Below are positions 1-11,800 of a stretch of DNA of 64,000 nt, piece after piece. The translations under genes and the position numbers were made by a program. Origin of the DNA: an uncultured Acidobacteriota bacterium (lineage in GTDB: Bacteria; Acidobacteriota; Terriglobia; Terriglobales; Acidobacteriaceae); assembly GCA_963819825.1 (NCBI GenBank), contig CAWFXO010000002.1, positions 219,186 to 283,185 on the forward strand. Reading direction: 5' to 3'. Numbering within the stretch: position 1 is the first letter of the stretch; every line of letters starts with the position of its first letter. A model generated the notes under the pieces. The model searched no databases, was not told the DNA's origin, and saw only the letters and a program-made list of their open reading frames with translations.

Positions 1-891
1 TTTTTTTCGATTCTCGCTCTGATCAATGAAGGCGACGAGGTCATCTATCCCAACCCCGGATTTCCTATCTACGAATCCATGATTCGCTATGTCGGCGGCC
101 GCGCCGTGCCGATTCGTCTACGGGAAGAAAAAGATTTCAGCCTCGACGTGGACGAACTCGCGCACCTGATCACGGACCGCACCCGCCTCGTCATCCTTAA
201 TTCACCCCAAAATCCTACGGGCGGCGTGCTGAGCAAGCGCGATCTGGAGCAAATCGCCGAGGCCATCGGCGACCGCAACATCTTCGTGCTGTCCGATGAA
301 ATCTACAGCCGGCTGGTTTTCGACGGCGAGCATCATTCGATCATCTCCGAGCCGGGATTCAAAGACCGCACCATCCTGCTCGACGGGTTCTCGAAGAGCT
401 ACGCCATGACCGGATGGCGTCTCGGATACGGCGTTATGCGCGCCGACCTCGCGGCGCAGATTGCACGGCTGATGACCAACTCGAACTCCTGCACTGCAAG
501 CTTCACCCAGATGGCCGGAGTTGAAGCCCTGCGTGGCGACCAGAGTTCGGTCGAGCATATGCGCGAAGAATTTCAGCGGCGGCGGGATATGTTCGTGACG
601 GGATTGAATAAGATCAAAGGCTTCTCCTGCCGCATGCCCCGGGGCGCGTTTTACGCTTTCCCGAACATTACCGGGACCGGATGGAAGTCGAAGCCGCTAG
701 CGGACGCTCTGCTCGAAGAGGCTGGAGTAGCCTGCCTTTCCGGAACATCATTCGGAGAATTCGGCGAAGGGTATTTGCGCTTCAGCATTGCCAATTCCAT
801 GGAAAATCTGGAGCGGGCTCTGGAGCGGATTGAGGGATGGGTCGCGGCGAACGTCAAAAACATTTCACCGCCGAGATCGCCGAGAAATTAA
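1..891 (+). CDS. class I/II PLP-dependent aminotransferase (aspartate-aminotransferase-like), 5' end outside window
   Basis: Frame 1 is open from nt 1 (FFSILALINEGDEVIYPNPGFPIYES) into ORF 79..891. Motifs NSPQNPTG, SDEIYSRLVF and SKSYAMTGWRLGY (PLP-lysine region) are typical of this family. Confidence 0.85.
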   Translation, partial: FFSILALINEGDEVIYPNPGFPIYESMIRYVGGRAVPIRLREEKDFSLDVDELAHLITDRTRLVILNSPQNPTGGVLSKRDLEQIAEAIGDRNIFVLSDEIYSRLVFDGEHHSIISEPGFKDRTILLDGFSKSYAMTGWRLGYGVMRADLAAQIARLMTNSNSCTASFTQMAGVEALRGDQSSVEHMREEFQRRRDMFVTGLNKIKGFSCRMPRGAFYAFPNITGTGWKSKPLADALLEEAGVACLSGTSFGEFGEGYLRFSIANSMENLERALERIEGWVAANVKNISPPRSPRN

Positions 892-977
892 GATATAAGT
901 GTTTCTTGGCGTCCTCGGCGACTCGGCGGTAGATGCTTTTGTTTTTGCGGCTTACTTGCTTTAGATTGAGCGGTACC

Positions 978-2082
978 ATGCCCACCACCTTCCGAGTCTT
1001 TGCCACCTGCGATATTGGCCCAGCCCTCGACGTGCTTCGTCAGCGCGGCTATCAGGTCGAGGTCTATCCCGATCCAGAAGCTCCGCCCAAGAGTTTGATC
1101 ATCGAAAAGGTCCGCTCGGGAATCGACGGGCTGATCACGACGCTTCGCGATCAAATTGACGCCGAAGTTTTCGAGGCTGGCAAAGGCACGCTGAAGGTTG
1201 TCGCCCAACTTGCCGTCGGCTTCGACAACATCAACCGCGCCGACGCCAACCGCTACAAGATTCCCTTCACCAATACCGCCGACGTCCTGACCGAAGCCAC
1301 CGCCGAGTTTGCCTTCTTCATGCTGGGCGCGCTGGCGCGAAAGCTGTGGACGTCCGAACATCTGACCCGCGAGAACCAATGGGGATTCTGGCATCCTTAT
1401 CTGCCGTTTCTGGGCGACGAAGTTACTGGCAAGACCGTCGCCATCATCGGCACCGGGCGAATCGGCCTGGCCATGATCAAGAAGTGCGCCGGGTTCGATA
1501 TGAACATTCTCTGTTACGACCCGGCGTACCAGAACCACGAGTACGTGAAAGCAATTCAGGAGACGATGGACCTGCGCCATGCTCGCGGCATTCAGAAAGA
1601 AAAGACCTGGATCAAGTACGTGTCTTTCGAAGACGCGCTCGCGCAGGCGGATTTCGTCAGCGTGCATGTGCCGCTGCTGCGCGAGGGCGAAAGCGCAACT
1701 CCAACCTTTCATCTATTCAACGAACGCACGTTGCGCATGATGAAGCCGACGGCGTTTCTGGTGAATACGTCGCGCGGTCCGGTGATCGACGAAAGCGCGT
1801 TAGCCAAAGCTCTGAAAGAAAACTGGATTGCCGGCGCCGCGCTCGATGTTTACGAGAAGGAGCCTCTGCCCGCGGATTCTCCCCTGCGCGATCCCGCGAT
1901 TGAAGACCGTTGCCGGCTGTTCCCGCACTTTGCCAGCGCCGCGAAAGATCACGCGTCTCTCGACTGATCCGAATAAAGGAATGGCGGGACGATGCGTGCA
2001 AGGATTGATCGACGTGCTGGAGAAGAATTACGGCGGGGATGTGAAGCAGATGCCCTACGTGGTGAATAAAGAGGCGTTTTGA
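978..2082 (+). CDS. D-isomer-specific 2-hydroxyacid dehydrogenase (glyoxylate/hydroxypyruvate reductase-like), one frameshift in the given sequence
   Basis: ORF 933..1967 has a likely ATG at 978 (MPTTFRVF) and the NAD-binding motif IIGTGRIGLAM. The C-terminal tail (ITRLSTDPNKGMAGRCVQGLIDVLEKNY) continues in ORF 1828..2082 in the next frame. The frame switch is near 1938-1942. Confidence 0.8.
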
Positions 2083-2125
2083 ACGAGTGGTCGGTGGGCA
2101 GTGATCAGTGGCCAGTAAACAAACT

Positions 2126-2160
2126 CCCACTGGCAACTGACCACTGGTCACTGACCACTG
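2126..2160. repeat. five tandem heptamers (cccactg gcaactg accactg gtcactg accactg) between convergent genes
   Basis: Read directly from the sequence. The 7-nt period has an invariant ACTG core. A related cagtgatcagtgg motif lies at 2099..2111. Confidence 0.8.
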
Positions 2161-2162
2161 CT

Positions 2163-3144
2163 CTACTCCGAAACGCTCTGCTCTTCGCTGTGCGCGCGCA
2201 GCACGCGATCCACCGAGTACGGCGCTCTTCGCGTCGGTTCGTGGTAGTGGCGAACCTGCAATTCTCCCAGCAGGCCAATCGCCAGCAGGTTCAGCCCCGC
2301 CAGCAGCAGCACGGCGGCGAAAATCATCATGAGGCCCGTGCGTCGCCATGATCGAGGTGTGGCGCCAGAATTTCTCCACAAACAGCCAGAAGGTGATGCC
2401 CGATCCCAGCCAAGATGCCGAACATGCCGACGGTGCCAAAGAAATGCAGCGGCCGCGACCCAGGTATTGCAGCAGGAAGCGGATGGTGATCAGGTCAAAA
2501 AATACGCGGAAGGTGCGCGAGATGCCGTAGTGCGAAACTCCGCGCTCGCGGTTCACGTTGCGAATCGGCACTTCGCAGATCGACGCTCCGTGCCACGAAG
2601 CCAGCGCCGGAATAAAGCGGTGCAGTTCGCCGTAGAGCGGCACCTGCTCCAGAATCTCGCGGCGATAGGCTTTGAACGTGGTACCGAAGTCGTGGATGTC
2701 CACGCCGCTGAGCTTCGCCATCAGCCAGTTGGCGCAGCGCGAGGGAAAACGGCGCAGCCAGAAGTTGTCAATGCGCACCTTGCGCCAGCCGCTGACGATG
2801 TCGTAGCCCTCGGAAATTTTCTCGAGGAACAGCGGAATGTCCGCGGGGTCGTGCTGCAAATCGCCGTCCATGGCGATGATGTACTCGCCGCGCGCATGAT
2901 CGAACCCGGCGGCCAGTGCCGAAGTCTGCCCAAAATTCCGCCGCAGGCGGACCACCGTCACCCGGCTGTCTACGCCGGCAATCTGGCGCAGCAGGTGAAA
3001 CGTCTCGTCCGACGATCCGTCATCCACCAGCACCATTTCAAAACTTTCGCCGTTGGTCTCCATCACCGCCTTCAAGCGGTCGTAGAGATCGGTGACGTTT
3101 TCCTGCTCGTTGTGCAGGGGGATGACGATGGAATACTTGGGCAT
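2163..3144 (-). CDS. family 2 glycosyltransferase (polyprenol-phosphate sugar transferase-like), frameshifted near its C-terminal TM region
   Basis: ORF 1717..3144 starts MPKYSIVIPLHNEQENV and carries VDDGSSD and DGDLQHDP motifs. The TM tail is recovered only by frame hopping: SRPLHFFGTVGMFGILAGIG, then ITFWLFVEKFW, then ORF 2163..2381 (LLAIGLLGELQVRHYHE). That implies at least 3 frame switches between 2330 and 2470. The span of 982 nt is not a multiple of 3. Confidence 0.85.
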
Positions 3145-3310
3145 GAGGTTTTTATTATACGGTTTTCGCCGCCTTCCATGTCAGGTGAACGATTACTTTA
3201 GAAAGAGCTGGGAACCATAAGGTAAAACGGCTAATTCGCCGAAAGCATGAATTTACGGTCTATGATGGCTGTCTGAAGGTACTTCCTGGAACCGAGGTGA
3301 GGTATGCGCG

Positions 3311-3433
3311 ATGTCCACACTGCTAATCATGTTTGGGGGCGTGGTGGCGGCAGTGACCGCCCTGACGTACATCGAGATCCGGCGCATCCGTAAGAAACTC
3401 GCGCCGAAGACCGTCGAACCCAAAAGCTCGTAG
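3311..3433 (+). CDS. small hypothetical single-TM protein (40 aa)
   Basis: ATG 3311 to TAG 3431-3433, hand-translated as MSTLLIMFGGVVAAVTALTYIEIRRIRKKLAPKTVEPKSS. It has a hydrophobic helix followed by a basic tail. It is below the ORF-track cut-off and has no homology support. Confidence 0.3.
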   Translation: MSTLLIMFGGVVAAVTALTYIEIRRIRKKLAPKTVEPKSS

Positions 3434-3474
3434 TAAGCGAAAGCGGGCGGACACCGAGCGTCCGCCCCGAGCCG

Positions 3475-6400
3475 TCACATTCCCGGTCCATCCGGATACG
3501 CCGGCAAATCCGGAGGCCGCGGCGCCAGCTTCTTCGGATTGTCCTGGATTGACTTCATCACCACTTCAATCGCTTTTTCCAGCTGCGGATCTTTTCCGTT
3601 CACCACCTGCTCGGGACGGTTCTCCACCACAATGTCCGGCTGGACACCGTGGTTCTCGATGATCCACTTGCTGTTGTTGTCATAGCGGGCAAATTCCGGT
3701 CGGGTGATGTAGCCGCCATCCAGCAACGGGATCTGCCCGCGAATGCCGCGCACTCCTCCCCAGGTCCGCTCGCCGATGAGCGGCCCCAGCTTGTAATACT
3801 TAAAGGCATAGCTGAATAGATCGCCGTCGGACGCTGCATAATGGTTGGTTAAGCAAACCATGGAGCCGTTGAAGATGTTGGGCGGAACCGTTCCGCTTTG
3901 CCAGTTGCGCGCGGAGTCCATTCCGAGCAGAATGCGGCGCAGGCGCTCGAAGATCAATTCATCGACGAATCCACCGCCGTTGTAGCGGACGTCAATAATC
4001 AGACCCTGCTTGCGGATCTGCGGGAAATACTGTCTTGACGAATTCGTTGAGACCGGCGTCGCCCATGTCCGGCAAATAGATGTAGCCGACCTTGCCGCCG
4101 GTGGCCGCGTCCACTTTCTTGCGGTTGGTCTCGATCATGTTTAGTTCGCGCAGACTGTATTCGTCATTGATCGGCTTCACCTGGACGTTGCGCGAGCCGT
4201 CGTCGGACGGCTTCGAGTTCACCGTCAGCATCACGGTTTCGTTGGCCAGGTTCACCATGAGCTCATCGGGAGTCATGGGGTGCGCGCAGCGGACGCCCAT
4301 TCACCGCCAGCAGGTAGTCCCCTTCCTTCACGTTGATGCCAGGCTCGGTCAGAGGCGAACGCAGATCGGCGTTCCAGTTCTCGCCGGGGTAAATCTTCTT
4401 GATGCGGTACATGCCGCTGGCCCGGTCGATTTCGTAATCCACGCCGAGCAGGCCCACGTTTACCGGATGCAGATCGGGATACTCTCCGCCGCCAACGTAA
4501 GTGTGCGAGTTGGAAAGCTCGCCGATCATGTCGCCGAGGATGTACGTCAGCGAATAACGGTCGGCGACATAAGGCAGCAGCTGTGCGTACTTGTCGTGCA
4601 TCTTCTGCCAGTCCACGCCGTTCATCGAAGCGTCATAGAAGTAATCGCGCTCCTGCCGCCAGACTTCGTTGAACACATTCTTCCATTCCTGCGGCGGATC
4701 GATCTCGGCCCGCATTCCGGCCAAGCTCAGCGCGCCGTCGCCCACTTTCTTCGGCCCACCGGCAGGCTTGGCGTCGATGATTCCGTAGGTGTGAGCGCCG
4801 CGAGCCGCCTTCGCCTTCGTAGAGCAGCTTCGAGCCGTCGAACGAAAGCGCGAAGCGCTGCACGTTCTCGATCAGCGTCGATTCCTTGCGCTCTTTCAGG
4901 TCGTAGGCCCGTACGGCCGAGTCTTCGCCCGCGATCGGCCCGGAGAGGCCCTGGATCGGGACCGTGGAGTAATACAAGAAGCCCTTGCCAGCGGCAAAGC
5001 TGCGAATCACGGCCGGGTCAACCGCCAGGGCTACCACGCGGTCTTGAATGCCGTCGAAATCGATCTTCACTTCGACCGGCTTTTCTTTTCCTTCTTGTCC
5101 TTCTCTTTCTCTTTCTCTTTATCTTTGTCAGCCTTTCCGGATTCTTTGCCTTCGTCCTTTTTCCCAGTCTTTCGGCGCCTTCGCATCCTTGGCGGCTTCC
5201 GGCTCCTGCCCCGACGGCGCTGATTCCGCCTTCTTCACTTCGGTTTCGTCGCTCTGCACGCCGAACGGCGAAGGCGTGTCCTTCTTCAACGTCACCACAT
5301 AGACACGCGTCGTCTTCGGATTCGCAAATTCGAAATCAATCGCGCCCAGCACTTCGTTGAAGTCGCGGTCGGAGAGGTAGAACAGATACTTCCCTTCCGG
5401 ATCAAAAATCGCGGCGTAGCTGTTGTGTCATGCTCGAGGTCACAGCCGTCGCTTTTTGGTCGGCCAGCGAATAGATGTAAACGACTGAGTACAGATTCTC
5501 GCTGTTCTTGTCATAGGCCAGCCACTTGCTGTCTGGCGCCCAGGAATAGTTCGTGATCTCACCGTACTCAGCGTGGTCAATCTTCACCGGCTTCTTGTCG
5601 GCGATGATCCACATACCAGAGGTTGAGGTCCTTGTCCGCCCAGGCGATCTTCTTGCTGTCGGGCGACCACGCCGGGGGGAATTTGAATCCCTTGTAGCCG
5701 CTGGTGATCTGCTGCTCTTCCTTGCCCATGCCGTCTTGCGGCGCGATGTAGATTTCGTCTTCGCCGCTGCGATCGGAGATGTAGGCGATCCAGCGGCCAT
5801 CGGGCGACCATCCGACCTTCTGCTCGCGGATGCCTGGCGTGCGCGTGATGTTGCGAATGCTTCCTTCTTTTGCCGGCACCGTAAAGACGTCGCCACGGGC
5901 TGCGAACACGGCGCGCTTGCCGTCGGGAGCGAGATCAAAATCGGTGACCAGCTTGCTCACGTTGTCCCAGTGCTTCATCGCCTGAGTGCGGTCACCGGGC
6001 AGCATGATGGTGAGCTTCTTCGGCGTTCGACTTGGAAGTTGTAGGTGTACAAATAGCCGGCGTTCTCGAAGACGAGGGCATCCGGTCCCAGGCTCGGCCA
6101 CATCACATCCCAATCGGTGAAGTGCGTGATCTGCGTCGACCTGCTTGGAGGCCAGTCGTAGCTGTAGAGGTTCAGGTGATGCTCCGGGCCCACCGCGGTC
6201 GGAACTGAAATAAATGGTGTTCCCATGCCACATGGGAAAAGTATCTGTGTACTCAGTGTGCGGGATATCCTCGCTGACGTTCTGCTTCAAATCGTAGATG
6301 GTGATCGCCTGCGCCAGACCGCCGGTGTAGCGTTTCCACTGCCGGAAATTGCGGAAGATCATGTTGTAGGCGATCTTCGAGCCGTCCGGCGAATAGGAAA

Positions 6401-6920
6401 GCAGTCCACCTTGGTCCATGGGGAACGGCTCGGGCAGGCCACCGTCAACGCTGACGGTGAACGGGCGCTTGATCCAACCGTTGGAAGCATCGCGGCGGGA
6501 GAGAAATACGACGCGCTTGCTGTCGGGCGTCCAGTTGATAACCTGGTTGTGGATCCCCATGCGATCGCTCAACTGCTGCGCGCTTCCCTGATAGAACGTG
6601 AGTTGCCTCGGTTGTCCGCCGTCGGAGGAAATCAGATAGACGTTGAAGTTGCCGTCGTACTGTCCGGTAAAGGCAATCCACTTGCCGTCCGGCGAGAATT
6701 TCGGGAACAGTTCGCGCCCCGGATGCGAAGTGATGCGGTGCGCCACGCCACCAGAGGATGACGCCAGCCAAAGATCGCCACCGTACACGAAAGCGACTTT
6801 ATCCTTGTAAATGTCAGGAAAGCGCATCAGGCGGCCTTCGTGCATTTCCTGCGCGGAAACCAGCGAGGAGCAAATCAGGACTGCAAGGGCAAGCCACTTC
6901 TTCAAACTGGTTTTCAGCAT
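3475..6920 (-). CDS. tricorn protease homolog (beta-propeller + PDZ + S41 peptidase), heavily frameshifted in the given sequence
   Basis: Collinear minus-strand pieces are 5577..6938, 5975..6226, 5402..5938, 5128..5352, 4633..5070, 4263..4745, 3992..4300 and 3475..3957. The start is ATG 6920 (MLKTSLKKWLALAVLICSSLVSAQE signal peptide) with GGAGGAG 5 nt upstream. Motifs include RFPDIYKDKVAFVYGGDLW, WSPDGRWIAYISDRSGEDEIY, IDVRYNGGGFVDELIFERL and the catalytic-domain tail ERTWGGVRG. There are at least 9 frame switches. Confidence 0.85.
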
Positions 6921-7159
6921 GCAAACTCCTCCGAGCAAATTGTCAGGATCCGTGGGACTGGAAACTGCGCAGAACCCGCTACAGTCAAACGTGCGATTTT
7001 AGAGCTTTGGGGGCGCGGTTGTCACGGCGTAACCCGAAAGTCTTCGCCGGACACACCCCTCCCTCTCTCGCTTGGACGTGTGGAAATCAAAGTCGTGAGC
7101 AGCAGCAATGCGAAGCCCTATAATTCCCTGCTACAAGTTGACTGGCACGGGAGGCTTCC

Positions 7160-8813
7160 TTGAAATCGACGAGCATATCGAGCAAAGAGGGTGTGTCGCG
7201 GCGAAGCGTTCTGCAAACCACGTTGTTGGGAGCGGCCGGCGCGGCAATGGCCCCCGCGCTCAGCGCCGGGAGCGCATTGGCTGCAACCTCGCCAGCTTCT
7301 CCCGTCAAAGGCTTCCCTTTTGACGAAGCTACGATCTCGGACTTGCAATCGCGCATGAAATCGGGCGAGCTTTCGGCGCACGCGCTCACTGCCGCTTATC
7401 TCGCCCGAATTGAAGAAGTGGACAAGAGCGGCCCACGGCTGAACAGCGTGATCGAAGTGAATCCCGAGGCGCTTGCCATCGCTGACGCGCTCGACAAAGA
7501 ACGCAAAGCAAAAAGGCCCGCGCGGGCCGATGCACGGAATCCCGGTGCTGATCAAAGACAACATCGACACCGCCGATCAGCATGCAGACGACAGCCGGAT
7601 CGCTGGCGCTAATTGGTTCGCGGCCAGCGCAGGATTCCAGCGTGGCGCGAAAACTGCGCGAGGCCGGCGCGGTCATTCTGGGCAAGACGAACTCTGAGCG
7701 AGTGGGCCAACATTCGCTCCAGCCACTCCACCAGCGGATGGAGCGGGCGCGGCGGCCTGACGAAGAATCCTTATGCACTCGATCGCAATCCCTGCGGGTC
7801 AAGTTCCGGTTCCGGCGCGGCCACCTCGGCGAATCTGTGCACGGTTGCGGTGGGAAGCGAGACCGACGGCTCCATCGTCTGTCCGTCGTCGGCGAACGGA
7901 ATTGTCGGAATCAAGCCCACTCTGGGCCTGATCAGCCGCGCCGGAATTATTCCCATCGCCCACAGCCAGGACACCGCCGGCCCCATGGCTCGCACCGTCC
8001 GCGACGCCGCGATTCTGCTGGGTGCGCTGGCGGGCTCAGACCCGCGTGATGCCGCTACAGCCGACGCGGACAGCAAGATGCAGAAGGACTACACCCAGTT
8101 TCTCGATCCCAACGGCCTGCGCGGCGCGCGTATCGGCGTAGCACGAAAATATTTCGGCTTCAGCGACGCCGTAGATGCGCTGATGAATCAAGCAATCGAC
8201 GAGATGAAATCGGCCGGCGCAGTGATCGTCGATCCCGCCGACCTCGAAACCCACGGAAAATTCGACGACACCGAACTGCTGGTGCTGCTGTATGAGCTGA
8301 AGGCGGACCTGAACACCTATCTGGCGGCACGCCCCGACGCGCAAGTGAAATCACTCGCCGATGTGATCGCATTCAACGAAAAGAACAAAGACAAAGAAAT
8401 GCCCTACTTCGGCCAGGATTTATTTCTGAAGGCGCAAGAGAAAGGCCCGCTCACCGACAAAGAATACGTCGCGGCGCTGGCGGCGAATCACAGCTCTGTC
8501 GCGCGAGCAAGGCATCGACGGCGTGATGGACAAAAACCATCTCGACGCCCTGGTCGCGCCCACCGGAGGCCCTGCATGGCTCACCGACCTGGCCAACGGC
8601 GACCACGCCGTCGGCGGCAGCTCCAACGCCGCGGCCGTGGCGGGATATCCCAACATCAACGTCCCCGCAGGATTCGTCTTCGGCCTGCCGGTCGGCATTT
8701 CCTTCTTCGGCCGCGCCTGGAGCGAGCCGGTGCTGCTGAAGATCGCTTATGGGTTCGAGCAGACAACCAAGGCTCGGAAAGCGCCGGGGTTTATGGCCGA
8801 CATAACGCCCTAG
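7160..8813 (+). CDS. amidase-signature family amidase with Tat signal peptide, 4 frameshifts in the given sequence
   Basis: TTG start at 7160 with GGGAGG 5 nt upstream. Twin-arginine leader SRRSVLQTTLLGAAGAAMA. Pieces 7160..7612, 7473..7697, 7582..8049, 7613..8851 and 8523..8813 join as ...GPMHGIPVLIKDNIDT / MQTTAGSLAL / LSEWANIRS...CGSSSGSGAA...GSETDGSI / ...GYPNINVPAGF. Frame order is 2>0>1>2>0. Confidence 0.85.
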
Positions 8814-8860
8814 CCCGCAGCAAGACAACGGGGTCAACAGACGTGCGATGACCCCACGTT

Positions 8861-11800
8861 CTACTGGACGACAAGCGTTACGATGACGCTGTGGCTTATC
8901 GCACCGCTCGTCCCGGTTACCGTAATGTTATAGGTACCTGTAGGCGTTCCCGGATCAAGCCCTTGCGTCGTCGCTGAGGCTTGGTTTGACGGATCCGACA
9001 GGCCTGCGCCGTTGCTGGCTTTCACGACGTAGTAGTACGTGGTTGAAGGTGACAATGGGGCATCCTCGTACGACGGCGCGTAGCCAGGGGGAACACTCAA
9101 GATCCGATTCGAGAGCGAGGGCGTAAAGCCACTGGCGGTGCCTCGATAAACTGCAAAGCCCGTTTGAGTTGTCGGCTGTGTCCAGTTCAAATCAATCGCG
9201 TTATACGCAGCTGCCACGGCGGTAAGATTGGTCGGCGCCGGCGGGGGAGTTCCGCCGCCACCTCCGCCGCCACCACCTCCTCCGCCGCCGCCACAGGCAA
9301 TGCCCAACAAAAGCATGAAAGTCAGCAAAAGTCGTGACAGAGAACGCTTGATGCCGCCGCGCTTGTAACCGATTAACAAGATTGCCGCGAACGGCAACAT
9401 CGCCCCAGCAGTCCAGAAAAGCTGCGAAACGGAGCCGGAGCGCTTTGCGCCCGGGATGCTATGAGGGCCGGTCGTAGAAATTCGGAGGCTAACCCATCCT
9501 GTGCTCGAGTTCGGGTCAGGCGAAAAGCTGCAAGTTGTTTCCGCAGGCAGGCCTGAGCAGCCGTTGGCGCCGAACGATACGGGAGCTGTATTAGACTGCA
9601 TGCCAACTATTAGCGTGTAGAAAGCGTAAGACCCCTGCGAAGTGCTTATAGAACTCTGCTGGGCAGACAATACAAAGTCGCTTCCATTGACCGTAACGTA
9701 AGCGGAACAACACGTACTTGCCGCAGGGTAATTGACATCACCGTTGTAGTTTGCGAAATAATCGGCTGTAAAACTGGGTTGAATGCTGAGTTTGGCCTGC
9801 AGATCAAGATTTCCCGTATTGGGGTCGGTAACCGTAGCGTAGGTAACGGTTCCCGGGAGCGGAGCCAACCCTAGGAGGGGCTCAAAGAAAGAGACTGTTC
9901 CCGTGGGCGCAATCGTTTTGCTAAAGCCCAATACTGTTACAGTGAGGCTAGCGCTCGAGCCGGCATTGATGGAACTGGGTGACGCCTGAAGATTCACAGT
10001 CGGCTGATCGTACTTGACATAGAACGTGGTCGGAGTAGAAGTCGAAGGCTGATAGTTCGAGTCTCCGCTGTAACTGGCCGTGAGGGCATAGTTGCCTGGT
10101 GTTGAAAACGGCGAGCTTGTGCTGTACAAATTCGCCTGCAGAGCAACACCCGGCGGGAAACCGCCGATTCCGTAAGACGAATAGTTCACAGTGCCGGGTA
10201 TCGGTTGACCGTTCGCGTAGAATGTCACGGTTCCCGAAGGGATCGCCCCGGAGCTTTGAGCCTGAATAACAGCGTAGGCGTTGTAATTGTCCCCAACTCC
10301 GCAGCCGCAGTAGAACGTGCCGATCGCTGTTGTCGGTGCCGGCGTGATATTGAGGCCCGTCGTCGTCGAACTAGCGTTGAAGCTGCTGTCTCCTGGGTAT
10401 TGAGCCTTCGCTGCATTACTCCCACCCGGCAACTGCACCGTCTGATCTTCCGTGTAAGCCTCGCTGTTCAGCGGATACGTGCCCGCGTCCAGCGGGCTAC
10501 CGTTGTCGGTCAACGTCACAGTACCGGTCGGGCAGGCCGCCCCGCCAAGCGGATTCGGTGAGCACGGAGTACCAGAACTCCCGAAGACATCCACCCGCAG
10601 CAAATACGGAGAGCCGTACACGGCCGTCGTGGCGTTATTGCTAAGCAGGTTTCCCTGCCAGTCGAACGTCACCAGTCCAATATGCGGACTGCTGTTCTCT
10701 TTCCCCAGAGTGACGCTGGCAGGCGTGGAGTCGCTGCCACCAAAGATGCTGTCTCCCGCATAGTGAGCGGTCACCGTGTACGTGCCGCCAGGAAGCAATT
10801 TAGTGGTTCCAGAGACGGCGCCATTGTTCAGCGTGAATCCATCCACGCTTACGCCGGTGCTGGTCAACAGCGAGACATCGCCGGTCGGAGTTCCGCTGCC
10901 GCTGCCCGGGGCCACGCTGATGTTCACGTTGACGGCTTGCCCGTGGGTGATGCCGCTCGTGGGCGGACCCAGGGTAAGAGTCGTCGCCGAAGAGCGGAAC
11001 GTGGCCGTGTTCCACTTGGTGACGAGGTTATTGACGTTTACTGATCCCAATCCAGTGGCTAAGTCGTAAGCGGTCCCCGTGCTGTATCCGTTCAGGATTC
11101 CATATTGATGCCCTGGGGTGCTCACGGTGCAGTTGGGCGAACCCGCCGCACAGGGCACCGCGATGGTGCCGGTGGTGACATCATTGAATACGCAATTGGC
11201 GCCCGATCCGTTGGTCGAATTGCAGGACGCTGCATTCTGCCCCGCCGCCAACTTATACAGAACGTAGTTAGCATTGCCTTGTCCGTGCGGCGTCGGGTTC
11301 TGCTGATTGACCAGCGCCATCACGCCTGCGAACGCGGGCGCTGAGGCTGAGGTCCCGCCCACGCCCAGCAACTGGGTGTTCGGATTGGTCGGATCGCAAG
11401 AACTGCCGGAGACTTGATCGGCCTCGCAAACGATGTAGAAACTGCCAGAGGGAGATCCACTGGCTGCATAAAGAGAAACGTCGGGCAGGTCGCGAACTCC
11501 GTCCGCCGGTACTCCGGGAGCCACCTGCCACGAGGGCTTGGGATAGCCCACGGCGCAAGTCGCTGGGTTTTGCCCACTCGATTGCGTGCAATTACTCTTT
11601 CCCCCCGAACCGCCGATCACGTTTATGAAAAACGGATTCATACGCGGATCATTACAGTTGTTCTCGGCGTTGTTGCTGAACCCCAGCAGCGTGCCCCACA
11701 CCGGATTGGTGCAGCTGTCGTCCCATGTTGTCTCCGGAATGTAACCGATCGCGGAGGCTTGGGTGGTGGCAGCGTTCGTCGTTCTCCAATACACGCTGGC

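Noticed and set aside
4092-5360. 422-aa plus-strand ORF opposite the tricorn protease gene
   Set aside because: The translation is Arg/Ala/Ser/Pro-rich low complexity with no motifs. It lies antisense to clearly conserved tricorn sequence. This is a typical shadow ORF of GC-rich DNA.
9251-9292. The GGN repeat, heptamer arrays and REP pairs considered as possible CRISPR arrays
   Set aside because: There are no regularly spaced 25-40-nt direct repeats with unique spacers. The repeats are tandem microsatellite-like or inverted palindromes. No cas genes are present.
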